Shown here: one piece after another, positions 55,457 through 64,000 of the stretch | Layout: every line of letters starts with the position of its first letter | Position numbering within the stretch: the first letter of the stretch is position 1 | NCBI GenBank assembly: GCA_021788015.1 | Contig: JAJYLD010000002.1 | Span: 26,739-90,738 of the forward strand | DNA from: a bacterium | GTDB taxonomy: Bacteria; Patescibacteriota; Patescibacteriia; Patescibacteriales; JAKAJF01 | Length of the DNA stretch: 64,000 nt | Reading direction: 5' to 3' | Notes under the pieces: model-generated | Told to the model about the DNA's origin: nothing | Databases searched by the model: none | What the model saw: only the letters and a program-made list of their open reading frames with translations | Translations under genes and position numbers: made by a program

Positions 55457-56173
55457 ATTCTTTAAACAAAAATTGCCAGGGCATCCCAAAAATTGTTTTA
55501 GGAGTAGCCCCGATATAAGCATACCCAAATATACCATACCTTAAAAGAGTTGACAAGACCTTCTTTTCCGCAATTTATGAATAAGTATTAAACATGCCCT
55601 TGGGGAAGGCGTTGCTTTTTTTAAATACTGATTTTTATAATTTAAAAAGGGGCCCAGACGGGCCCCTTCTTTATATTTAAAGAAAATTAATTTGTGAGCC
55701 TATAACTGAGCCCCATCCCTAAGAATCAATTTCTTCTCATCCGTTGGATAAGCAAGAAAATATTTCGTCCTCAGGGAATGGCGCTTTTTTCTTTCCGACT
55801 TTTGAAAAAGCTTTTGCTTTCTACCGGTTTCGTGGTAAATCTCTTTTTTTGGACTTAGTCCATTTTTTAGGATCTACCTTTATTTTGTTTTTGTTTTTTT
55901 AGGGATAACCCCCTTACCGTGTCGGTACGGCTGAAACTTAGTAGAAAACAGAAAAATTTCCCCCAATTCTCTTTAGGAAAAACTTTTCTTAATTGTTCAA
56001 AGTACTCACTTAACTATAATATACCATGACAACGGCTACCGGTCAACATACAAATATATTGCTTTTTTTGAGTAAACTCGTTATATTTTCCTTTTAGTCC
56101 ACATTTTTCTAGACTTTGCGTTATCCATTGGTTATACTTTTCAACATCTTGTCCACATTGAGGATAAAATATA

Positions 56174-56245
56174 AGGCCACGGTCGGATTCGAACCGGCGG
56201 ATGGCGGTTTTGCAAACCGCTGCCTTACCGCTTGGCTACGTGGCC
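56174..56245 (-). tRNA. tRNA-Cys (anticodon GCA), U73 discriminator
   Basis: Reverse complement GGCCACG TA GCC..GGC A GCGGT TTGCAAA ACCGC ... CCGGTTCGAATCCGG CGTGGCC T. Confidence 0.75.
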
Positions 56246-56321
56246 TAATTTTTGTTAATTTTACTACCGCTTCTGTCTCCAAATACCTTTAAACTATATC
56301 AAAGTTTTTATTCTTAGACAA

Positions 56322-56348
56322 GAAAAAAGGGCTCTTTCGCCCTTTTTT
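56322..56348. terminator. Bidirectional hairpin terminator (AGGGCUCUUUCGCCCUUUUUUAUUUU)
   Basis: Downstream of minus-strand 56367..56933; T/A runs on both sides. Confidence 0.55.
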
Positions 56349-56366
56349 ATTTTATTTTCATTTTTT

Positions 56367-56933
56367 CTACTCCACTATTTCCAGCTTTGCTGTTTTTATG
56401 CCGAAATTTAATGCATCAGACCGATTGAACATCCAGATATCGACCCTAGTTGGGAAGCGCGAATTCATCCGATCTCTGACTGTAAAAATTTTATCTCCAA
56501 AAAATTCAGGGATTCTTATCTTGGTTCCGAACGGCAAAAAGTTGGCCGCTATAGTGTCTTCGATTCCATGTTTGCAAACATTAAATCCGTTTGCCGTCGT
56601 GCAAGGATCATTGTCTGTTTGCGCCTGATCGGAGCTATATGCCGTCATTGTGTAATAACCGAAATGTTTGACTTTTACCGCTTTTTTGGCGGGAGCTGTT
56701 AAGCTGGCAACCGTGGCTTCGGCAACCTGACCAAAATAAGGATTTTCTTCGCTGATTGTTACACAACTTTGATTATTTATGCCAATATTAGAACTTTCTG
56801 TTTGAGACATGGCCAAAGTCGGCATGGCGAAAAATAAAGATTCAAAAATAATTATACACGTTAAAGAAAGTGCTATTTTTTTTGCTAACTTAAGTGAAAT
56901 AAATTTTTTATGGTTTTTTCTTAGTGCATCCAT
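56367..56933 (-). CDS. Secreted 3D-domain (MltA/YocH-like) peptidoglycan-hydrolase-type protein
   Basis: C-terminal 3D domain with conserved Asp triad context YYTMTAYSSDQAQTDNDPCTTANG...RDRM...VDIWM; N-terminal signal/TM. Confidence 0.6.
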   Translation of the reverse strand: MDALRKNHKKFISLKLAKKIALSLTCIIIFESLFFAMPTLAMSQTESSNIGINNQSCVTISEENPYFGQVAEATVASLTAPAKKAVKVKHFGYYTMTAYSSDQAQTDNDPCTTANGFNVCKHGIEDTIAANFLPFGTKIRIPEFFGDKIFTVRDRMNSRFPTRVDIWMFNRSDALNFGIKTAKLEIVE

Positions 56934-57191
56934 TTGGCTAATTTTAGGTAATAAAAAACCCTATCTTTCCACATTACGTGATTTACGATAGGGAATTTTT
57001 CTTTTTTAACGTTTCACTTTAGCAGACAAACGAGCCTAAGTCAATACGCGCCTGTTGACACAAATTAAAAATCATAGTAAGTTTAAACATCTTAGTTCAT
57101 TGCAAAAAAGAATTATGCGAACTCAGATTCAGTTTATTAAACCGAGTTTGGGTTCGTATAATTCCAAAAAAGATGAATGGAGGATAAAAAC

Positions 57192-57710
57192 ATGAAGGGG
57201 AAATTGATGTTGATATTGATCTTGGCCGTGGTCGTGGCGACTGCCCAGGGATGCGCCTGGGTGAACTCAAGGACGGAAATAATAAAAAATCTTGACGGCA
57301 AGGTGATCGAGTCCGCATACACGAGGACCGTGCGAGGCTTCTCGGCCGACAAGGAATCGGCGGCGTCATGGGCGTATGCTGATGCGAGCGCGAGGCTTAC
57401 ACAGGCGCAAACATACAAAGGCGCTTCATGTCTTGCGGCCGCGCCCCGTCTCACGGGCATTCTAATAAATGATGACCGCTTTCGCACTTATACGGCGGCC
57501 ATCAAGAATGTCAGCGGACTGGTAATCGCCACTTTTCTCCTTCGACCGGGAGAGAATCACGAGTATACATTGCCGGCCTACGGCGATTACACGATTACTT
57601 GGTATTGGACGGGAGGATTTAGAGATTCTACCGTAGAGTCCAATCCCTATAAAACGGCCTATGCCGATGGGAAAGAATGGGGGTGGTACTCCCGGATCAG
57701 CAGATATTAA
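57192..57710 (+). CDS. GC-rich lipoprotein (lipobox ATAQGC)
   Basis: SD GGAGGA; MKGKLMLILILAVVVATAQGC; local GC well above neighbours. Confidence 0.6.
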   Translation: MKGKLMLILILAVVVATAQGCAWVNSRTEIIKNLDGKVIESAYTRTVRGFSADKESAASWAYADASARLTQAQTYKGASCLAAAPRLTGILINDDRFRTYTAAIKNVSGLVIATFLLRPGENHEYTLPAYGDYTITWYWTGGFRDSTVESNPYKTAYADGKEWGWYSRISRY

Positions 57711-57759
57711 AAGGAGATGCTTTTGCATCTCCTCTTTTTTTATTATCCTAATTTTTATT

Positions 57760-58212
57760 TTATCCATTATTAACATTGACACCGTTGTTACCGTTATTAT
57801 TGATTGTCCCACCCAGCTTTTTAAAGACAAAGCCGGTAATTATATATGCCGAAGCTATTATAATCAAACCGATTATTCCTCGGAAAATTAATTTTTGCGC
57901 TTTCTCGACCTTTTCTTCGTTACCGCCCGCGGTAAGCCAATTGTAGCCGGCGAGAATGATTATAATTATGAAAATTATTCCCAACAACCCAAGAAACGCC
58001 TGTATGAATGAAGCGATTATATCCGCAGGCATCGCCCCCGCATCGTATCCGGCGCTGTCGTTGAACGACCCCGCTTGGTCGCCCATTTGCCCCACGGTAT
58101 CCGGATTTAATCCAATGGCGTAAGCATGATTCGAAATTAAGAAGGTTAAAAAAAGTGCGATCAAAGAAAAAAATTTTTTTATTCTGTTGCGCGCCTTTTG
58201 CTTTTCTAACAT
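57760..58212 (-). CDS. VirB2/TrbC-like two-helix secreted membrane protein (array copy 1; Asn-rich C-terminal tail)
   Basis: Sec signal, variable ectodomain, conserved LGLLGIIFIIIIILAGYNWLTAGGNEEKVEKAQK...IGLIIIASAYIITGFV. Confidence 0.5.
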   Translation of the reverse strand: MLEKQKARNRIKKFFSLIALFLTFLISNHAYAIGLNPDTVGQMGDQAGSFNDSAGYDAGAMPADIIASFIQAFLGLLGIIFIIIIILAGYNWLTAGGNEEKVEKAQKLIFRGIIGLIIIASAYIITGFVFKKLGGTINNNGNNGVNVNNG

Positions 58213-58275
58213 ATTGTTTTCTCTTTATTAAAATCCGCTCGTTTTTTATTATATGAAATTTGGGGTTTTTACTAT

Positions 58276-58674
58276 TTAACTATATAAAAGTTTATTTAAA
58301 ACAAAATTCCAAATCGCGTAAGCCCCGATAATTATGATTAAACCGATTAAAGTGCGCCACAGCGTATCCTTGGCTCTGTCCACCTTTTCTTCATTGCCGT
58401 TTGCGGTCATCCAATTATAACCGGAGTATATGATCAAAATAATAAAAATTATGCCGAGCAATCCCAAAAAAGCGCCGACAACTTGTCCGATAATTTGTGA
58501 TAATGAATATTGATTGACGTCGTTGGTTTGATAGCCGCCGGTTCCCGCAGTGCCCTGGAGATTTTTAAACATGGCATTGTTCGTATTTACCGAACCGGAA
58601 GCATCGGCAAAGACCGTATGACCGACAAAAGCCATGGATAAGCTGAAAATCAAAATTAAAATTATTTTTTTCAT
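58276..58674 (-). CDS. VirB2/TrbC-like two-helix protein (array copy 2)
   Basis: LGLLGIIFIILIIYSGYNWMTANGNEEKVDRAKD...IGLIIIIGAYAIWNFVL. Confidence 0.5.
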   Translation of the reverse strand: MKKIILILIFSLSMAFVGHTVFADASGSVNTNNAMFKNLQGTAGTGGYQTNDVNQYSLSQIIGQVVGAFLGLLGIIFIILIIYSGYNWMTANGNEEKVDRAKDTLWRTLIGLIIIIGAYAIWNFVLNKLLYS

Positions 58675-58686
58675 ATTACTGATTGT

Positions 58687-59154
58687 TTATGGCGCTGGCG
58701 ACTGGGTTTGCTGCGTAGACGAAGATGGATTTGTGTACTTTGCCGCAAAGTAGTAAAGAACAAAGTAAGTGATTGCGTATGCGGAAACTACAATGATTAA
58801 ACCGATAATCGCGTTTTTTAAAATTCCCTGTGCCTTGTCAACTTGTTCGCCATTGCCCGAAGCCGTCATCCAAAGATAGCCGGCATAAAAAGCCAAAACG
58901 ATAAATATTACGCCCAAAAGCGATAAAAATATCTGAATAAAACTTCCTATAAGTTGAGTAAGCGCGGCCGTGCTATCTGTTACGGGGGCATATTGAGCGG
59001 CGGATCCCGCGTCTTTAAGCAAACCCGAAACCGTGGAGGGATTGGAACCGGGGGTATTATTGGTGGCTATGACAAAGGCCGGAAAAAGAAAAATTGAAAT
59101 TAAGAAAACGAGGGTTAAAATTTTTATTTTTTTGATCATATTAGAATCCCGCAT
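58687..59154 (-). CDS. VirB2/TrbC-like two-helix protein (array copy 3)
   Basis: LSLLGVIFIVLAFYAGYLWMTASGNGEQVDKAQG...IGLIIVVSAYAITYFVL. Confidence 0.5.
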   Translation of the reverse strand: MRDSNMIKKIKILTLVFLISIFLFPAFVIATNNTPGSNPSTVSGLLKDAGSAAQYAPVTDSTAALTQLIGSFIQIFLSLLGVIFIVLAFYAGYLWMTASGNGEQVDKAQGILKNAIIGLIIVVSAYAITYFVLYYFAAKYTNPSSSTQQTQSPAP

Positions 59155-59614
59155 TATAGCCCGTCACGCGCGCCAACGAACTGATTATAAAATAACTTAT
59201 GACATAAAGCGCGGCAATAAGCACGACTCCTATCGTCGAATGCAAAATTGTTCTTTTCGCTTCCCCGATTTTTTCTTCATTCCCGGCGGACGTGAGCCAA
59301 ATGTATCCTCCCCAGACAAGTCTTATTAGAAAAAGTACGCCGACGAAAGGAAAAATTAAAAGAACATCTCCGATATAATTCGCCAAAGCCGAGCTTGAAT
59401 CTCCTTGAATGTTATTATAAACGGAATTTTGCGCCTGGCTTGCCGTTGCGTCATCAAGATTGGTTTGCCAAGCCCCCAAACCGGCGGCATTGACGACATT
59501 GACCGACGCGACAGATTTAATCCCGATGACTCCGAACAAAAATGAAATTCCAAAATATTGGACAAATAAGAAAAGAATTAACGCCAAAAATTTATTTTTT
59601 TTTACAAAATGCAT
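59141..59614 (-). CDS. VirB2/TrbC-like two-helix protein (array copy 4, most divergent)
   Basis: FVGVLFLIRLVWGGYIWLTSAGNEEKIGEAKR...IGVVLIAALYVISYFII. Confidence 0.45.
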   Translation of the reverse strand: MHFVKKNKFLALILFLFVQYFGISFLFGVIGIKSVASVNVVNAAGLGAWQTNLDDATASQAQNSVYNNIQGDSSSALANYIGDVLLIFPFVGVLFLIRLVWGGYIWLTSAGNEEKIGEAKRTILHSTIGVVLIAALYVISYFIISSLARVTGYNAGF

Positions 59615-59616
59615 AC

Positions 59617-60024
59617 TTATTGGATTTTGAAAATTTCTCTTCCTTGCCCTCCTTGAGCAATCCCCAAAACAACATTCACAAAAATAAAGGCGGCAAAAAT
59701 TATTAAAATACCGATGGCTCCGTTTTTAATTCTCGCTTTGCCTTTCACCAGAAGTTCCTCATTGCCATTCGCTCCCAAAATATCCAAAGCGCCCATCCAG
59801 GCGATAATCATAAAAATCAAACCGATAAGAGAAAGGGCGATGTTTATGAAATAACCGACCGTGGTCGCTATCGTGCCGCTATCCGCCGGCATGGCGTCGT
59901 TATAACCGATGTTTTGGGCCGTATTCCCCAAACCCGTTGAACTGGCGAAATCAAAAGCAAAGACTTTCCCTGCTCCAAAAAAAATAAAAATTAGAATACT
60001 TAAAATCAGTGTGGTCTTTTTCAT
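59617..60024 (-). CDS. VirB2/TrbC-like two-helix protein (array copy 5; start taken at internal MKKTTLIL)
   Basis: LSLIGLIFMIIAWMGALDILGANGNEELLVKGKA...IGILIIFAAFIFVNVVL. Confidence 0.45.
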   Translation of the reverse strand: MKKTTLILSILIFIFFGAGKVFAFDFASSTGLGNTAQNIGYNDAMPADSGTIATTVGYFINIALSLIGLIFMIIAWMGALDILGANGNEELLVKGKARIKNGAIGILIIFAAFIFVNVVLGIAQGGQGREIFKIQ

Positions 60025-60195
60025 CCCGTTAAAAATAAACCCTGTAGTACACCTCGTAAACTCGGCGACTAAGGGGCGAGGCGTGGTTGAATAATAGTTT
60101 TGTGCAATGGAACTTGTCCCGCAGCCAAATACAACAGGATTTACGGTATCGTGATTCGCGATCAAAAAGGCAGGGCTTTTACGGAATTCAATTTC

Positions 60196-60603
60196 CTATT
60201 TAACAAAATAACCGATAACCGTTTGGCCCAAAAACTTCGTAATAAGGTAGGCGGCGGCGATTATGACCAAGCCGACCGAAGCGCGAATGGCGGTTGAAAT
60301 CGCCATATTCACTTTTTCTTCGTTCCCGCCCGCCGTCATCCACATAAATCCGGCGTAGATAATCAAAATTAAAAAAATGATACCGATAAAAGCGAGCAGG
60401 CTGCTTATAATATTTCCGATGATTGCGGCAACGTCAGTATTCCCATTGGCCATGTAGTCGGGAGCGGAAGCCTTTAACCCATTTTGAGCCGGGTCCAGAT
60501 AATTGGTATCGGCTAAGACAAAATTATTATGCGTAAACAAAAAAAAGGCCAGCACAAAGCTGAGCATAGTCAAAATTTTCCTTGTTAAGGCCTTTTTTTG
60601 CAT
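60196..60603 (-). CDS. VirB2/TrbC-like two-helix protein (array copy 6; start taken at internal MQKKALTRKIL)
   Basis: LAFIGIIFLILIIYAGFMWMTAGGNEEKVNMAIS...VGLVIIAAAYLITKFL. Confidence 0.5.
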   Translation of the reverse strand: MQKKALTRKILTMLSFVLAFFLFTHNNFVLADTNYLDPAQNGLKASAPDYMANGNTDVAAIIGNIISSLLAFIGIIFLILIIYAGFMWMTAGGNEEKVNMAISTAIRASVGLVIIAAAYLITKFLGQTVIGYFVK

Positions 60604-60628
60604 AATATAAGTTTTGATTTTTTGTTTT

Positions 60629-61033
60629 TTATCCAGTCGCTCCGGTAGAGGTGTAAATTTGGCTGATAACGAAATTTGTGACGCCAAACGCCGCTAAAAT
60701 GATTAATAGCCCGATAAAACCGGCAACAATCATTTTTCGCGCCTCCGATATTTTTTCATCATTTCCGGCCGAAGTCATCCATTTAAAACCGCCGATCAAA
60801 ACAATGGCCAGGGCAATAAGCCCCAAGAAACCGAGAAGAACCCGGATGAAGAAAGCGGCGATGTCTCGAGGATCTTGATTCCCCAAACCGGAATTGGTCT
60901 GGATGTCCTGCTGCTTGTTGTCCCAAAGCAAACTATTTGCATCGGCTTTCGCTTGAGGGGTTATCGTTAAGGCCGGCACAATTATGGTAAGCGCCATGAC
61001 AAAAACGATAAGTTGCTTAACTAGATTTATCAT
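60629..61033 (-). CDS. VirB2/TrbC-like two-helix protein (array copy 7)
   Basis: LGFLGLIALAIVLIGGFKWMTSAGNDEKISEARK...IGLLIILAAFGVTNFVI. Confidence 0.5.
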   Translation of the reverse strand: MINLVKQLIVFVMALTIIVPALTITPQAKADANSLLWDNKQQDIQTNSGLGNQDPRDIAAFFIRVLLGFLGLIALAIVLIGGFKWMTSAGNDEKISEARKMIVAGFIGLLIILAAFGVTNFVISQIYTSTGATG

Positions 61034-61133
61034 ATTTTTAATTTTAGTTTTTATTGTTCACTGCTTTGCACGCGAATTTTTCCCGTCCAAAGCAGTGGAT
61101 TCCTAAAAAGAAATCCACAAATTTTAGAGGAAA

Positions 61134-61529
61134 TTAACTGCCGGTTGCCGTCATTAAACTATTGATGACAAAGGTTGCGATGCCATAAGCGGCCAAAATG
61201 ATAACCAAGCCTATAATGCCGGCCGTAATCAATTTTTTAGCTTCTTCAACTTTATCTTCATTGCCGGCGGCGGTCATCCATTTAAAACCTCCCAATAAAA
61301 TGATTATCACGGCGACGATGCCCAAGAAACCGAGAATAACTTTAATAACGTTTGCCGCAATCGTTCTTGGGTCATTGCTGCCCAAACCGATGTTGGTGAC
61401 GTCCTGTTGATGCCCTCCCCAAGGATCGAGTCCCTGCGCGCTGGCAACGTTAATGGCCAAACTAAAAACAGGTATAATCATTAAAAGGGCTAGAGAATAA
61501 GTTATTAATTTTCTATAGATTTTTTCCAT
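61134..61529 (-). CDS. VirB2/TrbC-like two-helix protein (array copy 8; closest paralogue of copy 7)
   Basis: LGFLGIVAVIIILLGGFKWMTAAGNEDKVEEAKK...IGLVIILAAYGIATFVI. Confidence 0.5.
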   Translation of the reverse strand: MEKIYRKLITYSLALLMIIPVFSLAINVASAQGLDPWGGHQQDVTNIGLGSNDPRTIAANVIKVILGFLGIVAVIIILLGGFKWMTAAGNEDKVEEAKKLITAGIIGLVIILAAYGIATFVINSLMTATGS

Positions 61530-61609
61530 ACTTCACCTCCCTTCATTTTAGAGCACAAACCTACGAATAAAGATTCGTAAATTTTGTAAGTTATTAACAT
61601 AATTATATT

Positions 61610-62413
61610 TTACCATATTTTAGAAAAGAAAAGAATAGATTTTTCAAGCCTTTCCTTTTTTAGAAAATGCCGCCAATTTTCCGAAGTGAGGCTCCCCGGA
61701 TTTTTTGCCCGCCTTATGCCGAACGGACCCGTTTTTGTCCTTTTTAACTCTTCAAGATAAGCCCCCGTGCCCAACTTTTGGCCGATATCGTGAGCCAAGC
61801 TGCGTATATAAGTTCCCGAAGACGCGCGAACCATAATTTTTAACATGGGAAAATTAAAATAAATTATTTTAATTTTATAAATTTTCACTTCAACGGGTTC
61901 GCGCTTAATCGTTACGCCTCTTCTCGCAAATTCGTACAATTTTTTACCCTTAAATTTCTTGGCGCTGAACATGGGAGGGGTTTGTAGTATTTTACCCGTA
62001 AATCCACCCAAAACACTTTTAATTTTCTTTCGCGTTATGATTTCTTTAAAAGATTCCGAATTCTCAAACCGCCTGCCTGCCTGCCGGACAGGCGGGCGGG
62101 ACGGGCATGTTTCCGGTTTCCAAATTCCAATGATTTTTCCCTCTCGGTCATAAGTGTCGGTTTCGGCTCCCAACCGCAGAACGGCTTCATACTCTTTATC
62201 CATTTTCACAAATTGGTTTATCTTCTTTGTCGCTTCCCGTCCGACAGCGACCAACAAAACCCCGCTTGCGAACGGATCGAGGGTCCCGGCGTGTCCTATT
62301 TTTTTTATGCCCGTTATCTTACGCAATCGATTGATCACGTCATGGGAAGTGGGACCGGAAGGCTTGTTGATGATTAGAAAGCCGGACTTAAATTGATTAA
62401 CATCATGATTCAT
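61610..62413 (-). CDS. truB: tRNA pseudouridine(55) synthase
   Basis: GHAGTLDPFASGVLLVAVG catalytic Asp motif. Confidence 0.85.
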   Translation of the reverse strand: MNHDVNQFKSGFLIINKPSGPTSHDVINRLRKITGIKKIGHAGTLDPFASGVLLVAVGREATKKINQFVKMDKEYEAVLRLGAETDTYDREGKIIGIWKPETCPSRPPVRQAGRRFENSESFKEIITRKKIKSVLGGFTGKILQTPPMFSAKKFKGKKLYEFARRGVTIKREPVEVKIYKIKIIYFNFPMLKIMVRASSGTYIRSLAHDIGQKLGTGAYLEELKRTKTGPFGIRRAKNPGSLTSENWRHFLKKERLEKSILFFSKIW

Positions 62414-62474
62414 TGGATTATTTGTTTACACATTACATATAAAAATTAGAAATTACAAAATTAAAAATTCTTTC

Positions 62475-62777
62475 TTGACATCTCCTTTTTTATTTTATAT
62501 GATTATAACCACTAAATTGATATTAACACAAGAAACAGAAAATGTTATGGACGAAATTATTAGTGAAATTTTGGATACCGTAAAATTAAAAATGGAGGAA
62601 CAGGGAGCGTTCGATCGCGACGCTTACGAGGAGTTTATCGAGGAAACCATTCAAGATTTCCGTGAATACGGAAAACTTACCGACGAAGACAGCGATGAAT
62701 ACATAAAAGACGAACTCATGAAAATATGGGAAGATATTGAAAATGAATTCGCCGAAAAACGCAAAAGGAATGAATAA
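62475..62777 (+). CDS. Small acidic hypothetical protein
   Basis: ORF, highly acidic (EE/DE-rich); start uncertain. Confidence 0.35.
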   Translation: MTSPFLFYMIITTKLILTQETENVMDEIISEILDTVKLKMEEQGAFDRDAYEEFIEETIQDFREYGKLTDEDSDEYIKDELMKIWEDIENEFAEKRKRNE

Positions 62778-62902
62778 AAAAACACGAAAAGAACGCATAC
62801 AACACGAAAATAACGAACAACAAACACAAAGAGAGCCTTTTTAAAAGCTCTCTTTTTATAATTCGTTTTATTCGTGTCATATTCGTTTATTTTTGTGTTT
62901 GT

Positions 62903-64000
62903 CTAGACTTTTATCACCACGGGCAAAACCATCGGTCTCCTTTTCGTTTGACTGAAAAGAAACTGGCCGATTTCATTTCTTACTTTGTTTTTTATATAAT
63001 CATCGTCCGCCGGGGTGCGCAAATCGTGGTCCTTAACCAGTTTTTTCACTTTCATTCTTGTTCTTTCAATCAGTTCTTTGTTTTCTTTCATATAAACAAA
63101 GCCGCGCGAAATAATATCGGGGTTACCGATCGGATCTCCGGTTCTTGAATCGATGGTCGCGATAATTACGATCATTCCGTCCTCGGCCATAACGCGACGA
63201 TCGCGCAAAACGATATTCGAAACGTCTCCGACTCCGAGGCCGTCGACCATTATATAATCGCTCGGGACTTTCTCGTCGGTCAATTTTCCCTGTGCCGCCA
63301 TTCCCGATTTCACGAATTCGACGATCTGACCGTTGTCCGCGACGAATATTTTTGATTTGGGAATGCCCACCTGTTCGGCCAATTCCGCGTGCGCTCTGAG
63401 CATGTAATGATTGCCCTCGATAGGCATAAAATATTCCGGTTTCAAAAGACGCATCATTAATTTCAAGTCTTCCTGTTTCGCGTGACCGCCGGCATGAACG
63501 TCCATCATCTCGTAATGAATAACTTTGGCGCCCTGGCGGACGATCATGTCTTTCAAATTTTGAATGCTGCGCTCGTTGCCGGGTATGACCGAGGATGAAA
63601 AAATGACCGTATCGCCTTCCTTCAATCTAACCGTTCTGTGCTCACCGTTAACGACGCGCATCAAAAAAGCGTTCGATTCTCCCTGCGCGCCTGTTCCCAA
63701 AATTATAATTTTGTTGTCGGGAAGACGTTTAAGCTCGCTATCGCTTTGGATAAGAAGCTTCGGGCTGAATTTCAAATATCCGATTTGATGGGCGATTTCG
63801 ACGTTATCGTTCATGCTTCGACCTTGGAGGTAAATCCTTCTCCCGAACTTGGCGGCCAAATCAAAAATTTTTTGGACGCGGCTTAACTGCGAAGCGAAAG
63901 TGCCGATAATGATGCGACCGTCGATTTTGTCGAAAAGTTTCGCCATCTCGTCTCCGATGGCCGATTCGGAAATTTGATATCCCGGATGGGTCGAATCGGT
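62903..64000 (-). CDS. rnj: Ribonuclease J (beta-CASP / C-terminal part), 5' end of gene lies beyond the window edge
   Basis: GRIIIGTFASQLSRVQKI, HAGGHAKQEDLKLMMRLLKPEYFMPIEGNH; reading frame stays open in-frame to position 64000. Confidence 0.8.
   Translation of the reverse strand, partial: TDSTHPGYQISESAIGDEMAKLFDKIDGRIIIGTFASQLSRVQKIFDLAAKFGRRIYLQGRSMNDNVEIAHQIGYLKFSPKLLIQSDSELKRLPDNKIIILGTGAQGESNAFLMRVVNGEHRTVRLKEGDTVIFSSSVIPGNERSIQNLKDMIVRQGAKVIHYEMMDVHAGGHAKQEDLKLMMRLLKPEYFMPIEGNHYMLRAHAELAEQVGIPKSKIFVADNGQIVEFVKSGMAAQGKLTDEKVPSDYIMVDGLGVGDVSNIVLRDRRVMAEDGMIVIIATIDSRTGDPIGNPDIISRGFVYMKENKELIERTRMKVKKLVKDHDLRTPADDDYIKNKVRNEIGQFLFSQTKRRPMVLPVVIKV

Noticed and set aside
1-64000. CRISPR arrays, rRNA genes, IS elements with transposase
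   Set aside because: No regularly spaced direct repeats with unique spacers were seen, no rRNA-like conserved stretches, and no transposase or integrase ORFs. The only mobile-like DNA is short non-autonomous repeats.

Overview
This is a gene-dense bacterial chromosomal window of roughly 45% GC with AT-rich intergenic spacers, and most genes are housekeeping. Recognisable genes include rny-ymdB, hup, a purN-purL-X-purM-like purine operon, recQ, folD, glyA, trpS, a TrpB2-type trpB, tsaD, tsaE, truB, lspA, trxA, trxB, gdh, rplS, manC, a PMM/PGM-family mutase, an Elp3-type radical-SAM/GNAT enzyme and a partial RNase J at the right edge. I could place eight tRNAs by hand: Lys-CTT, Met-CAT, Arg-TCG, Glu-TTC, Leu-GAG, Val-TAC and Cys-GCA, plus degenerate tRNA fragments. 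There is a copper/thiol-redox block with copA, copZ, an HMA-DsbD_2-cupredoxin membrane protein, a DsbA-like protein, csoR, a SHOCT protein and a B12-binding radical-SAM enzyme. I see no rRNA, CRISPR array, integrase or transposase.

The observations I would check first:
1. A terminator-bracketed plus-strand island at 17097-21437. It holds two proteins built from a triplicated ~65-aa domain of unknown function, a class II dihydroorotase-like amidohydrolase, and a radical-SAM enzyme with a Cys-rich C-terminal domain whose stop overlaps (TAATG) the start of an extended uracil-phosphoribosyltransferase homologue. The pyrC-like and radical-SAM genes share an unusual leader-hairpin architecture.
2. 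Eight tandem, diversified genes (57760-61529) encoding Sec-secreted two-helix VirB2/TrbC-like small proteins, next to a GC-rich lipoprotein gene and a 3D-domain peptidoglycan-hydrolase-like gene. No T4SS ATPase is in the window.
3. A eukaryotic-like protein-kinase-fold gene overlapping the tsaE stop (ATGTTTAG).
4. A complete T-box riboswitch with a UGGC antiterminator bulge and a 21-bp terminator upstream of trpB2.
5. Three genome-specific repeat families that sit at gene 3' ends and sometimes supply the stop codon or insert in-frame into coding sequence: a ~190-bp REP/MITE-like element, GC-rich CCCCTCCTTAGnAAGGAGGGG hairpins with a (CCCTAAT)3 tract, and (TTTTGAG)n heptamers found in both Elp3 and TsaD.
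6. A tandemly duplicated pair of secreted glycine-rich (phage-tail-fibre Gly_rich-like) proteins with near-identical 5' halves.
7. tRNA-Val nested between two mutually complementary tRNA half-fragments.

Coordinates of RNA genes, hairpins and motifs are hand-derived and may be off by 1-2 nt. CDS coordinates follow the supplied ORF track, with internal starts chosen where an SD or homology supports them.
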